Shown in pieces: positions 53,686 through 63,531 of a stretch of DNA of 64,000 nucleotides (positions are counted from its first letter, which is position 1; the number at the start of each line of letters is the position of its first letter). Both the position numbers and the translations under genes were made by a program. The DNA comes from an uncultured Thermoleophilia bacterium (GTDB taxonomy: Bacteria > Actinomycetota > Thermoleophilia > Gaiellales > Gaiellaceae): assembly GCA_963827525.1 (NCBI GenBank), contig CAWHBH010000001.1:1863-65862 (forward strand). Reading direction: 5' to 3'. The notes beneath the pieces are model-generated. The model was not told the origin of the DNA. It ran no database searches and saw only the letters and a list, made by a program, of their open reading frames with translations.

Positions 53686-53736
53686 GGCGCCGCAACTGTA
53701 GCGAAGCCTCCTGTCTAAGATGAGACGGGGCCGGCA

Positions 53737-54324
53737 ATGCGAGAAATGACCTTGTACGGGGTGAGCTTCGAGCCGATCGGCAAGCAGCCGATCGTGCTCC
53801 TGAAGACCGCGGACGACGACAGGTTCCTGCCGATCTGGATCGGACACCCCGAAGCCGCAGCCATACTCATGAAGCTGCAGGGGGCGAGTCCTCCACGCCC
53901 GATGACGCATGACCTCTTCGCCGACGTTATTTCGGAGCTGCAAGGCGAGCTCGTCAGAGTCACCATCACCGAGCTCCGCGACAACACGTATTACGCGCGA
54001 ATCACGATCAGCCAAGACGGACGCGAAGTCGAGATCGACTCGAGGCCTTCGGATGCGATCGCCATGGCTGTTCGTTGCGACGCCCAGATCTTCGCCTCCG
54101 ACGAAGTCGTCGACGAGTCGGGAATCGAGCTCCACGCCGAGGACGACGAGCAGCCGGGCCTCGTCACGGCGTCGAATCTCGCCGACCTCGACCCGGCAGA
54201 GTTCCGCCAGTTCCTCGAGAACGTCACTCCGGAAGAGTTCGCGTCGAGCCTCGAGGAGGAGGCCCTCGAGGACGACGAGCCGCTGGAAGACGACGACGAA
54301 GACGAGGACGAAGAGCTCCCGTAG
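53737..54324 (+). CDS. bifunctional nuclease family protein (DUF151/BFN) with acidic C-terminal tail
   Basis: ..PIVLLKTADDDRFLPIWIG..EAAAI..PRPMTHDL..ARITI..IDSRPSDAIA.., followed by a D/E-rich tail. Confidence 0.7.
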   Translation: MREMTLYGVSFEPIGKQPIVLLKTADDDRFLPIWIGHPEAAAILMKLQGASPPRPMTHDLFADVISELQGELVRVTITELRDNTYYARITISQDGREVEIDSRPSDAIAMAVRCDAQIFASDEVVDESGIELHAEDDEQPGLVTASNLADLDPAEFRQFLENVTPEEFASSLEEEALEDDEPLEDDDEDEDEELP

Positions 54325-54330
54325 TCCCGG

Positions 54331-55116
54331 CTAGCCCGCTCCGCTGACAGAGACGAGGAGCGCCGTCCCGTTGAAGACTGCATGGAGGAGCATCGATGGA
54401 TAGATGCTGTCTGTGCGGACACGTAGCCAGCCGACGACGATCCCGAAGATCACAAGCACGGGGAGCGCGACCAGGAGCCCGTGCGCTGCGCCGAAGAGGA
54501 CTCCGGTGACGAGAATCGCAAGCACTGTTCCGTACGGAACGAGCAGCGACAGGCCTAGCCCGCGGTACATCAACTCCTCCACGGCGGGCGCCACGAACGT
54601 GACCACCAGGAAGAACGCGATGAACGGAGCCGCGCGGCTCGAGTCCCACTGGTCGGGCACGAGCCCCTGCTCCTCCGTCGGGTTCCAGTCGCCGAACGCG
54701 GAGAGTGCGAGGTCGTACACGAATGCGGCGAGATAGATCGCGAAGAGGGAGAGCACCGCGAGGCCGATGGCTCGCGGCCACGAGCCGGGGCGGCGCAGGG
54801 CGAAGGCATCCCGCCGCGGCAGCCCCCTCGCGATCAGGAGGAGGATCCCGAGCATGAGCCCGTACTGGATGAGCGCCGCGACCGAGGAGGACCAGCGGTA
54901 CGCGATGTCATCCGGAGTGTCGGTGTCGGCGAGGCGAGCGCCGTAGCTCAGAAGTGTCAGAGCGCCTACGAAGACGAGCCAGGCGACGAGCTTGCCGGGC
55001 CTGCGCAACGGCGTGCTGGTTCTGGTGCATTTCGGGATTCCAGCACGAACAGGGCGCCACGCTGCGCGAGGAGCGCGCAAACGCATCGGGAATCCAAAGC
55101 TTTCGGTGGCTAGCAT
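54331..55116 (-). CDS. CPBP-family intramembrane glutamic endopeptidase (CAAX protease/Abi)
   Basis: Multi-TM protein with motifs APAVEELMYRG, FGAAH and LHAVFN. The start may be ATG 55086. Confidence 0.75.
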   Translation of the reverse strand: MLATESFGFPMRLRAPRAAWRPVRAGIPKCTRTSTPLRRPGKLVAWLVFVGALTLLSYGARLADTDTPDDIAYRWSSSVAALIQYGLMLGILLLIARGLPRRDAFALRRPGSWPRAIGLAVLSLFAIYLAAFVYDLALSAFGDWNPTEEQGLVPDQWDSSRAAPFIAFFLVVTFVAPAVEELMYRGLGLSLLVPYGTVLAILVTGVLFGAAHGLLVALPVLVIFGIVVGWLRVRTDSIYPSMLLHAVFNGTALLVSVSGAG

Positions 55117-55122
55117 CCGCTC

Positions 55123-57228
55123 ATGAGCCCGCCTCGAAGTAGGCGAACTCCCCTCGACCCTGACTCGCTACGCCCGAGGGGTCGCCATCAGCGCGCCGCC
55201 CGGCGTCGGCGGAGACGCCGTGGCGCGATCGTCGCTATCGGGGCGATCCTGACGCTCGGACTCGCGGCCGGCGTGGCGGGCACGGCGGGGGTTCTTGCGT
55301 ATGGCTCGTCATGCGACCTGGACTCCCTTCGGAGCATCCGCATCGGGCAGAACACGTTCTTGTACGCGGCCGACGGCTCCCTGCTCGGCTCGATCCCGGC
55401 AGAGCGCAACCGCCAGCCCGTGAAGGCGGAAGGAATGTCGCTGTGGATCCGCAAGGCCACTATCGCCGTCGAGGACCGCCGATTCTTTGCCCACGGGGGT
55501 GTCGACATCGAGGGGATCGCGCGTGCCGCCGTGGCGGACATCCGAGCCGGCGAGATCGTGGAGGGTGGGTCGACGATCACGCAGCAGCTCGTCCGCAACC
55601 TCTACATCTCACGTGAGCGAACCGTGCAACGGAAGGTGAAGGAGGCCTGTCTCGCCACCAAGCTCGACGGGGCGTGGACGAAGCATCGGATCCTCACCAC
55701 GTACTTGAACCAGGTGTACTACGGGAATCACGCGTACGGCATCGAGGCTGCGGCACAGACGTACTACTCGAAGCCGGCGAAGGAGTTGAACCTTGCGCAA
55801 TCCGCCCTTCTCGCCGGGCTGACACAGGCGCCTTCTCTCTACGACCCCTTCACGACTCCCGCTCGCGCGCTCGCTCGGAGAGCGGTCGTCCTTCGTGCAA
55901 TGCTCGAAACGGCGGTCATCTCGAAGCGCGAGCACGATCTGGGTCTCGCATCCAAGCTCGCTCTTCGCCGAGGCCGCCTCTACAGCCGCATTCGCGAGCC
56001 CTACTTCTTCGGCTACGTGCGGGACAAGCTCATCGAGGCATACGGGCCTGAGATCGTTCGCTCGGGGGGGTTGCAGGTCTACACGACGATCGTTCCGCGC
56101 TACCAGCGGTTGGCCGAGAAGGCCATCCGCGACACGATGAACCAGCCGACCGACCCCGCCGCCGCACTGATCTCGATCAGCCCCCGCACCGGAGCGATCC
56201 GTGCGATGACCGCGGTGATCCCGAATCGACCGAAGAACGAGTTCAACCTTCTGTCGCAGGCGCGGCGGCAGACGGGCTCGACCTTCAAGACGTTCGTGCT
56301 CACGGCTGCGGTGGAGATGGGGATCAATCCCGATTCGACGTACTACGTATCGGCGCCGTTCACCTACCGAGTCCACCCTGCGGGGAACTGCGAGGACGGG
56401 ACGTGGTGGTGCGTGCACACGTACGCCAACGACTACTACGGCTGGAGCTCCATCAGAAGCGCGACGATTCGATCCGACAACGCGGTCTACGCGCAGCTAA
56501 CCCTGGACGTCACCCCGAAGAAGGTCGCGGAGACCGCGCGTCGCATGGGAGTTCGCTCTCAGCTGGACGTCGGGGGTGCATACGTGCCGGCGATCGGACT
56601 CGGCTCCATCGCCGTCTCGCCACTCGACATCGCATCTGGATACGCGACTCTTGCCGCCGGCGGTGTGTACGCGGAGCCGATGGCGATCCGGCGGGTCGTT
56701 CTCGCCAGCGGTCGCGAGGACACGACTGCGGGCTGGGGCGTTCCAAAGCGAAGGCGGGCGATCTCGGAGGGAACTGCGGCGGTCGTCACACGCATCCTCG
56801 AGCAGAACGTCCAATCTGGAACGGGAACACGGGCCGCGTTCGGGCGACCGGCGGCCGGGAAGACCGGAACGAACGAGGAGCACGCGGATGCGTGGTTCGC
56901 GGGGTACACGCCGGATCTCGCTACGACGGTCTGGCTGGGCTACACAAAAGGTGAGATTCCGATGGAAAACGTGCACGGGATCGCCGTCAGCGGGGGCAGC
57001 TTCCCGGCGGAGATCTGGCGGCTGTTCATGGAGCCGGCGCTCGAAGGAACCGAGGCGGCGCCGTTTCCCGAGCCGGCGTTCTGGCCGGAGTGGAAGCCGT
57101 TCACGCGGGGGCAGTACGCACTGAGCTACGACCCGAGCTACGTCGCGCCCGAGAGCACTGAGACGGAGACGACGCCGGCCGCGCAGGCGCCACCCCCAGC
57201 ACCACCGACCGGGTTCGGCCGACCGTAG
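55123..57228 (+). CDS. class A penicillin-binding protein (glycosyltransferase GT51 + transpeptidase)
   Basis: GT51 motifs EDRRFFAHGGVD, GGSTITQQL, RKVKE. Transpeptidase motifs STFK, SDN, KTGT. N-terminal TM anchor. Confidence 0.85.
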   Translation: MSPPRSRRTPLDPDSLRPRGRHQRAARRRRRRRGAIVAIGAILTLGLAAGVAGTAGVLAYGSSCDLDSLRSIRIGQNTFLYAADGSLLGSIPAERNRQPVKAEGMSLWIRKATIAVEDRRFFAHGGVDIEGIARAAVADIRAGEIVEGGSTITQQLVRNLYISRERTVQRKVKEACLATKLDGAWTKHRILTTYLNQVYYGNHAYGIEAAAQTYYSKPAKELNLAQSALLAGLTQAPSLYDPFTTPARALARRAVVLRAMLETAVISKREHDLGLASKLALRRGRLYSRIREPYFFGYVRDKLIEAYGPEIVRSGGLQVYTTIVPRYQRLAEKAIRDTMNQPTDPAAALISISPRTGAIRAMTAVIPNRPKNEFNLLSQARRQTGSTFKTFVLTAAVEMGINPDSTYYVSAPFTYRVHPAGNCEDGTWWCVHTYANDYYGWSSIRSATIRSDNAVYAQLTLDVTPKKVAETARRMGVRSQLDVGGAYVPAIGLGSIAVSPLDIASGYATLAAGGVYAEPMAIRRVVLASGREDTTAGWGVPKRRRAISEGTAAVVTRILEQNVQSGTGTRAAFGRPAAGKTGTNEEHADAWFAGYTPDLATTVWLGYTKGEIPMENVHGIAVSGGSFPAEIWRLFMEPALEGTEAAPFPEPAFWPEWKPFTRGQYALSYDPSYVAPESTETETTPAAQAPPPAPPTGFGRP

Positions 57229-57235
57229 CCGCGTC

Positions 57236-58433
57236 TTGGTGACGGAGCTCTTGACGATCGAGGACGCGCTAGCTCGCGTCCTCGACCGTGCGGAGCTCCT
57301 TCCGGTGGAGACGATCGCGGTTGCGGACGCAGCTGGCCGTGTTCTCCGCGAGCCAGCGACGTCGCAGGTCGATCTTCCGCCGTTCGCGAGCTCCGCGATG
57401 GACGGATTCGCGGTGCGGGCGGACGAGGTTCCTGCGGAGCTGCCGGTCGCCTTTCGGGTTGCGGCGGGCACGCCCGCGCAGGCCGCACTTCTCGTGGGAA
57501 CTGCGGCTGCGATCGCGACCGGTGGCGCCGTTCCGGCAGGGGCGGACGCAATCGTTCCCGTCGAGCACCTGGTTGACCATGGCGATCGCGTGGAGATACC
57601 GAAGGAAGCACGACCCGGGCAGCACATACGCCCACGCGGCGGCGATGTTCGGGAAGGCGACATCGTGGCTGCACCGGGCACGCTGCTCGGCCCGGCGCAG
57701 ATCGGCGCGCTCGCTGCGGTTGGAATCGCAGAGGTCCGTTGCTCCGTGCGCCCGCGCGTGGCCGTGCTCGCGACGGGAAGTGAGCTGCGGGCTGCCGGTG
57801 ACGCTCTAGCTCCGGGACAGATCTACGAGTCGAATCGGCCCATGATCGCGGCTGTGCTGCGCGCTGCGGGCGCCGAAGTCGAGCTGCTTCCCGTGGTCGA
57901 AGACGACGAGGACGCCCACCGGGCGGCTCTCGAGCGCGGTCTCGAGGCGGATGTGCTGGTGACCTCCGGCGGTGTTTCGATGGGTCCCCATGACCTCGTT
58001 CGCAAGGTCGTTGCCGAGCTGGGTGTCGAGGAGGTGTTCTGGGGCGTCTCCGTCAAGCCGGGGAAGCCGCTCTCCTTCGGAGTCCGGGGAGCAACGCTCG
58101 TCTTTGGTCTGCCGGGAAACCCTGTGTCGTCTCTGGTGGGCTCGCTGCTCTTCGTCAGACCCGCTCTTCTGGCTCGTCAGGGCGTCATGCCCCTCGATCT
58201 GGGTTTCGAGCACGGTCGAGACCGCGGCGGTGCTCCGACAGAACCCCCACCGAGACGAGTTCGTGCGGGCGCGCCGCCGCTCGGAGGAGGACGGTGTCTT
58301 CGTCGAACCGGTCTCTGGCCAGGAGTCGCACATGATCGTTCGAGCCGCTGCCGCCGACGCTCTGATCCACGTTCCTCGGGGCGAGGGCGAGATTGCCGCC
58401 GGTACCGCGGTTCGGTACCTCAAGCTCGTCTAG
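57236..58433 (+). CDS. moeA: molybdopterin molybdenumtransferase MoeA; +1 frame disruption near 58210
   Basis: ..SSAMDGFAV.., TGSEL, VTSGGVSMG, GLPGNPVSS in the frame of 57236. C-terminal domain ..VETAAVLRQNPHRDEFVRA..VSGQESHMI..GTAVRYLKLV is in the frame of ORF 57972..58433. Confidence 0.8.
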
Positions 58434-60255
58434 CGCGGAGCACGCTGCGAAGCGATCGTCGTACGACGCCTGCGGGCGGTGGCTCCAGGCCTGCCGCGTA
58501 CGGACCGTAGCGCCCGAACGTCAGCGAAGCCAGCTGTGCAGCGGCGGCCGCCCAACCGACCGCGGCCAGGAACGACCAGAGGGAGAGATAGCCGACCGTC
58601 GTAAGACCCGCCACGTAGAGCGGGGTATCAACGACGCCGAGGTCGAGTTGGCGACCCAGAATCGCCAGGCCGATCAACGGCCCCGCGAGCCCTACGAAGA
58701 AGAGGCCGCCGCGCTGCCACAGATTGCTGCGAAGAGGCAGCCACATCCAGGCGTACAGAGACGGAAGGACGAAGACGAGCGCATACGGCTTCGCGATCGC
58801 CAGCGCAACTGCCAGAGCACCGAGTCCGGCGAGGGCCGCCGTGAAGCCCGCGAGCTGCTCGTCGGCAGTGGCAGCTCGAGCCGGAACGAGGCGTCGCCGA
58901 CCGACCAACCAGCCGAGCGCGAGTGCGATGATCAGAACGGCGAGCCCAGCAGCTGGCGCGTCGACGACGAGCGAGGTGTACGGGGGAAGAGGAAGGGCGG
59001 CTCCTGTCGGGAACACGCCGGTCAGCGCGCCGATCCAGAGCAGCAGTCCACCGTAGAGCCAGAACAGTGCTCGTGCCCGGAGCCCGCGAAATCCGGGCGC
59101 CAACGGAAGGCCCCGCCGCCTGCTCCGGACGAGGAGATCGAACACTCCGAGCGCGAACGGAACGACGCAGAGGACGAGCGTGAGGCGTACCGCCCAGCCG
59201 CTCGCAGCACGGTCGCTGAAGAACAGGCTGTCCGGAGTTCTAAACGCGGCTCCGACGCTTGCGTCGAGTGAGCCGACGAGGGCCTCCGTCGCACGACCTA
59301 GCCGGCCGAGTCGCTGAACCGCGAGGGGAGCAGCGGGATCGCCGGCCGGCACGGGCGGATCGCTCGACTCCGTGGTCGTGAGGGTGATCGCGGCCACCCC
59401 TCGCTCGAGGAACGGGCCTTGCTCGCCCGCCGCGAACGGCATCCCGAGGTCCACGAGCTGAGTGAAGATCGAAGGCAGCGAGGGCGCGACGCCCAGTTGC
59501 TCCAGCACGCTCGCCGAAGCCGTGCTGACGAGCGCACGCGCGGGAGAAGCAGGGCCGTCACCTGCGATCGCGATTCGCGGACGACCTCGCCCGCCCAGCC
59601 CGTCCAGGACGACGACCGCGATCGCAGCGTCCGCCAGCGGGGACTTCCTCGCAAACCGCGCGGCTCCGGCGCCTCCGTAGGCACCAGCGTCGGTCGATAC
59701 GAGCACGAGGGTCCGTTGGGGGAGCGGGTCCGGGCCGGCTTCCTGCGGCGCGAAGGCGCTCGCGAGCTCGATCAGGGCGGCGGTGCCCGACGCGTTGTCG
59801 CCCAACGGCTCATCGGCCCCAGCGTTGTCTCGGTGCGCAACGAGAACGATGGTCTCCTCGGAACGGCCCGATACGACGGTCACGACGTTGCGAAGCTCGA
59901 CTGAGCCTAGGTCAGCGAGATCCTCGGTCCAGACGTCCTCTTCCGTGGCCAGACCCAACGCCGATATCGTCTCGCTGTACCAGCGGGTCGCTTCCTCGGC
60001 CGCCAGCGTGCCGGGAACGCGTGCCGGGTACACGGTCGACAGCTGGTCATGCAGCGCAGCAGCCGCCCGGGAGTCGAAGACCGGCTCGAGCGGCGACCGC
60101 GGAAGCGTGCCCGTTGTCGATATGGAGAACAGAAGCGCGAGTAAGGCCGGGGCAACGACGACGAACGCCACTCGAACGAGCCGCCCGTTCAGGGGACTGT
60201 CGACTGTGCCGCGACGCCGCCGCCGACCGCGCCTCCCGGGTCGGGCTGCTTCCAT
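58420..60255 (-). CDS. membrane-anchored M28-family peptidase-like protein with polytopic C-terminal domain
   Basis: VLVAHRDNAGADEPLGDNASGTAALIELA (M28 metal-ligand context), then 7 or more hydrophobic segments. ATG 60255 is preferred over the longer track start 60354. Confidence 0.6.
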   Translation of the reverse strand: MEAARPGRRGRRRRRGTVDSPLNGRLVRVAFVVVAPALLALLFSISTTGTLPRSPLEPVFDSRAAAALHDQLSTVYPARVPGTLAAEEATRWYSETISALGLATEEDVWTEDLADLGSVELRNVVTVVSGRSEETIVLVAHRDNAGADEPLGDNASGTAALIELASAFAPQEAGPDPLPQRTLVLVSTDAGAYGGAGAARFARKSPLADAAIAVVVLDGLGGRGRPRIAIAGDGPASPARALVSTASASVLEQLGVAPSLPSIFTQLVDLGMPFAAGEQGPFLERGVAAITLTTTESSDPPVPAGDPAAPLAVQRLGRLGRATEALVGSLDASVGAAFRTPDSLFFSDRAASGWAVRLTLVLCVVPFALGVFDLLVRSRRRGLPLAPGFRGLRARALFWLYGGLLLWIGALTGVFPTGAALPLPPYTSLVVDAPAAGLAVLIIALALGWLVGRRRLVPARAATADEQLAGFTAALAGLGALAVALAIAKPYALVFVLPSLYAWMWLPLRSNLWQRGGLFFVGLAGPLIGLAILGRQLDLGVVDTPLYVAGLTTVGYLSLWSFLAAVGWAAAAAQLASLTFGRYGPYAAGLEPPPAGVVRRSLRSVLRARRA

Positions 60256-60307
60256 CGCCGGGCTATAGTAGGCGGGCCGGCAGCCGCGGGCCTGCGCGAA
60301 TGCTCCG

Positions 60308-61006
60308 ATGCCCAACTCCTCGACAATTCTCCTCGTGGACGACGAGGATTCCATTCAGACACTGCTGACCTTTCCGCTCGAGCGGGACGGGTATCGCGTC
60401 GTGCAGGCGCGTGACGGCGAGGAGGCACTTCGCCGCTTCGGCGAGGAAGCCGTGGATCTCGTCGTTCTCGACGTGATGCTGCCTCGGCTCGATGGCCTGG
60501 AGGTGTGCAAGCGCCTACGTAGCCAGAGCGACGTGCCGATCATCATGCTCACCGCCCGCGGCGAGGAGCTGGACAAGGTGCTCGGTCTCGAGCTGGGCGC
60601 GGACGACTACATCACCAAGCCGTTCTCGATCCGGGAGTTCCGCAGCCGCGTCCGTGCGCTCTTGCGGCGGGCGGCGGTGCCTCGGGCGACAGCGGATCGC
60701 GAAGCGGTCATCGAGCGCGACGAACTCCGCATCGATCTGCCGCGCCGAACCGTGCAGGTCCGCGGCGAGGCAATCCAGCTGACGTTCATCGAGTTCGAGA
60801 TGCTCGTGGTCATGGCGTCGAGCCCGGGCGTCGTCTTCTCGCGTCGCGAGCTCCTGGAACGACTTCGTGGGGGGTCCGACTACCGCGAGCCACGCACGAT
60901 CGACGTGCACGTTCGACATCTTCGCGAGAAGATCGAGCGTAACCCGAGCGATCCCGAGCTCATTCTCACCATCCGCGGCGCCGGCTATCGCTTCAGACCG
61001 GAATAG
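60308..61006 (+). CDS. OmpR/PhoB-family response regulator
   Basis: Receiver ILLVDDE..DLVVLDVMLPRLDG..MLTAR. Winged-helix C-terminus ..LTFIEFEMLV..RTIDVHVRHLREK..IRGAGYRF. Confidence 0.85.
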   Translation: MPNSSTILLVDDEDSIQTLLTFPLERDGYRVVQARDGEEALRRFGEEAVDLVVLDVMLPRLDGLEVCKRLRSQSDVPIIMLTARGEELDKVLGLELGADDYITKPFSIREFRSRVRALLRRAAVPRATADREAVIERDELRIDLPRRTVQVRGEAIQLTFIEFEMLVVMASSPGVVFSRRELLERLRGGSDYREPRTIDVHVRHLREKIERNPSDPELILTIRGAGYRFRPE

Positions 61007-61010
61007 CATC

Positions 61011-62468
61011 GTGAGGCTCCCGGGCGGCATCCGGATCCGCATCGCGCTCGTCCTCATGGGAATCGTCGCCGGGGCGCTCGGCACCGCGTACTTGATCGTG
61101 GTGCCGTCGCTCGAGCGGAGGCTCGTCGATGCACGGCTCGACCAGCTCGAGAGGCTCGCGGAACCACTGGCGAAGTCGCTTCCGGAAGACACTCAGTTAT
61201 GGCAGGACCGGGTCGAGGAGTACGCCATTGCTACGAACGCACGCGTCATCGCTTTCAGGGTCCTCTCTACGAATCAGCCTGCTCTCGCGGCGTTTGCGGA
61301 CTCGCGGACAGGAAGGTCCGGCGATGTGGCGACGGATCCGGTGGCACTCCAAGCGCTCGTCAGCGGCAAGGTCGAGCGTGGTCGGGTCGTCGATGCAGAC
61401 GGCGACAACGCGAACGTGGCGATCCCACTCGACTCGGAGGCGGTCGTGCTCTTTCAGGCCACCCTCGCCGATTCGCTCGCCACTGTCCGCCTCGTCGAGC
61501 AACGACTCCTTCTCGCAACCGCGTTCGCGCTCGTTCTCGCGCTCGTCCTCGGCCTCACCGCCGCCGGAATGCTCGCCAACCGGTTGCTGCGTCTAGAGAG
61601 GTCAGCCGAACGGATTGCCGGCGGCGACTTCGACGCTCCGATCGTCGATCGCGGGGACGACGAGATCGGACAGCTCGCGGACGCGTTCGACCGAATGCGC
61701 GTGCAGCTCGCTCAGCTCGACAACGCGCGCAAGGCCTTCGTCGCCAATGCGTCGCATGAGCTGCGAACACCGCTGTTCTCACTCGGAGGCTTCCTCGAGC
61801 TGCTCGCGGACGAAGAGCTCGACGAAGAGACGCGGCGCCGCTTCATCGAGACGATGCAAGGGCAAGTGCAGCGCCTGGCGAAGCTGTCGACCGACCTGCT
61901 GGACCTCTCCCGCGTCGACGCCGGACAGCTCCGGGTGCTGCACGAGCCGGTCGATCTCGGAGAGGTCGTTCGGGTGCTGGCCGGGGAGCTCGAGCACCTC
62001 GCTTCGACTACAGGGCATTCGCTCGAGACCGATGTCGAGCCTGACGTGTGGTGCACGGGTGACGAGAATCGGGTGTTGCAGATCGGTCGCGCCCTCGTCA
62101 CGAACGCGATGGTTCACACACCCGCGGGAACGCGCGTCGTGATTCGGACTCGCCGGCGCGGCGCGCGGGCCGAGCTTTCGGTCGAGGACAACGGGCCGGG
62201 GATCTCGGCACAGCACCGCGAAGCCGTATTCGGCCGGTTCTACCGGGTCGACGGCGGCATGGCCTCCGGAAGCGGACTAGGTCTAGCCATCGCCCGGGAA
62301 ATCGCCAAGCTCATGGGCGGTGCGGTGCGCCTGGAGTCAGACAGCGCCCCGACGATCTTCACGCTCGATCTTCCGAGTGAGCCGATCCCTGAAGCGCAGG
62401 TCGACGAGCCGTCCTCGTTTTCACGTGAAAACGATCGGAGGACCTCTGAACGAGTTCCACATGCCTAG
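61011..62468 (+). CDS. sensor histidine kinase (TM-sensor-TM-HAMP-HisKA-HATPase)
   Basis: GTG 61011. H-box FVANASHELRTPL, N-box ALVTNAMVHTP, G-boxes EDNGPGI and GSGLGLAIA. Confidence 0.85.
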   Translation: MRLPGGIRIRIALVLMGIVAGALGTAYLIVVPSLERRLVDARLDQLERLAEPLAKSLPEDTQLWQDRVEEYAIATNARVIAFRVLSTNQPALAAFADSRTGRSGDVATDPVALQALVSGKVERGRVVDADGDNANVAIPLDSEAVVLFQATLADSLATVRLVEQRLLLATAFALVLALVLGLTAAGMLANRLLRLERSAERIAGGDFDAPIVDRGDDEIGQLADAFDRMRVQLAQLDNARKAFVANASHELRTPLFSLGGFLELLADEELDEETRRRFIETMQGQVQRLAKLSTDLLDLSRVDAGQLRVLHEPVDLGEVVRVLAGELEHLASTTGHSLETDVEPDVWCTGDENRVLQIGRALVTNAMVHTPAGTRVVIRTRRRGARAELSVEDNGPGISAQHREAVFGRFYRVDGGMASGSGLGLAIAREIAKLMGGAVRLESDSAPTIFTLDLPSEPIPEAQVDEPSSFSRENDRRTSERVPHA

Positions 62469-62593
62469 CGTCGCGCTCGTTCATGCGATGCTCGCGCGGC
62501 TGTGATCGGCACCGACGATGTGCTCGAGCCCTAACCGCTGGCGGCGTCGCACTTGATGTCCGAGCGTGTCGTAGTGAGGTCTACGATCTCGGC

Positions 62594-63052
62594 GTGAACG
62601 AGCGCGCAGACAGTCTTAGCCACGTCGAGGACTCCGGCGACGTACGGATGGTCGACGTCGGAACGAAGCCACTTTCGAAGCGGCGTGCGGTCGCGCGGGC
62701 CGTGGTGCACATGGCGCCAGCGACGGCGGCCATGCTCGAGGCCCTGCCGAAGGGCGACGCGCTCGTGACCGCGCAGCTGGCAGGGATCATGGCGGCCAAG
62801 CGAACATCCGAGCTCATTCCCCTCTGTCACCCCCTTCCCCTGACACACGTGGGCGTTCGTCTGACCCTCGGCGACGGCACGGTCGAGATCGAAGCGTCCG
62901 CGGAAACGATGGCTCAGACCGGAGTCGAGATGGAGGCGCTCGTTGCAGCGACAGTTGCTGCGCTCACCGTCTACGACATGGCCAAGGCCGTCGACAAGGA
63001 CATGGTGATCGGCGAGGTTACGCTCGTCGAGAAGACGAAGGAGCCCCTGTGA
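62594..63052 (+). CDS. moaC: cyclic pyranopterin monophosphate synthase
   Basis: LSHVEDSGDVRMVDVG.., IPLCHPL, VEMEALVAATVAALTVYDMAKA. The start is GTG 62594 or further upstream (track ORF starts at 62483). Confidence 0.85.
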   Translation: MNERADSLSHVEDSGDVRMVDVGTKPLSKRRAVARAVVHMAPATAAMLEALPKGDALVTAQLAGIMAAKRTSELIPLCHPLPLTHVGVRLTLGDGTVEIEASAETMAQTGVEMEALVAATVAALTVYDMAKAVDKDMVIGEVTLVEKTKEPL

Positions 63053-63531
63053 AAGCAGCGGTGCTCACGGTGTCCGATGGAGTTCACGCAGGAGTCCGCG
63101 AGGACCTGAGCGGTGCCACGCTCGACGAGCTCTTGCGCGACGAGGGATTCGAGGTCGAACGCCGCGTCGTTCCCGACGAGCTGACGGCGATCGCGAGCGC
63201 ATTGAACGAGCTGTCCGACCAGGCGTTGCTGATATTGACAACAGGCGGCACCGGATTCGCCCCGCGAGACGTGACTCCCGAAGCCACGCGAGAGGTGGTC
63301 GATCGCGAGGCGCCCGGGATCGCCGAGGCCATTCGAGCGGACGCGATCGCGAGGACGCCGCATGCGCTCCTCTCCCGTGGGGTCGCCGGACTACGAGGTG
63401 CGACGCTCGTCGTGAACCTGCCTGGATCGCCCGGGGGATGCCGGGACGGCTTCGCCGTCATCCAACCGGCGCTCAAACACGGGCTCGAGCTCGCCGCCGG
63501 AGAAACGGCGACTCCTCACCACCAAACGTGA
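63049..63531 (+). CDS. mogA: MogA/MoaB-family molybdopterin adenylyltransferase
   Basis: AAVLTVSDG.., LILTTGGTGFAPRDVTPEAT, PGSPGG. GTGA overlap with moaC. Confidence 0.8.
   Translation: MKAAVLTVSDGVHAGVREDLSGATLDELLRDEGFEVERRVVPDELTAIASALNELSDQALLILTTGGTGFAPRDVTPEATREVVDREAPGIAEAIRADAIARTPHALLSRGVAGLRGATLVVNLPGSPGGCRDGFAVIQPALKHGLELAAGETATPHHQT

Noticed and set aside
62469-62593. A Moco riboswitch or other leader upstream of moaC.
   Set aside because: I could not recognise the conserved Moco-motif elements or a convincing terminator/anti-terminator pair. The moaC start itself is uncertain, so part of this may be coding.
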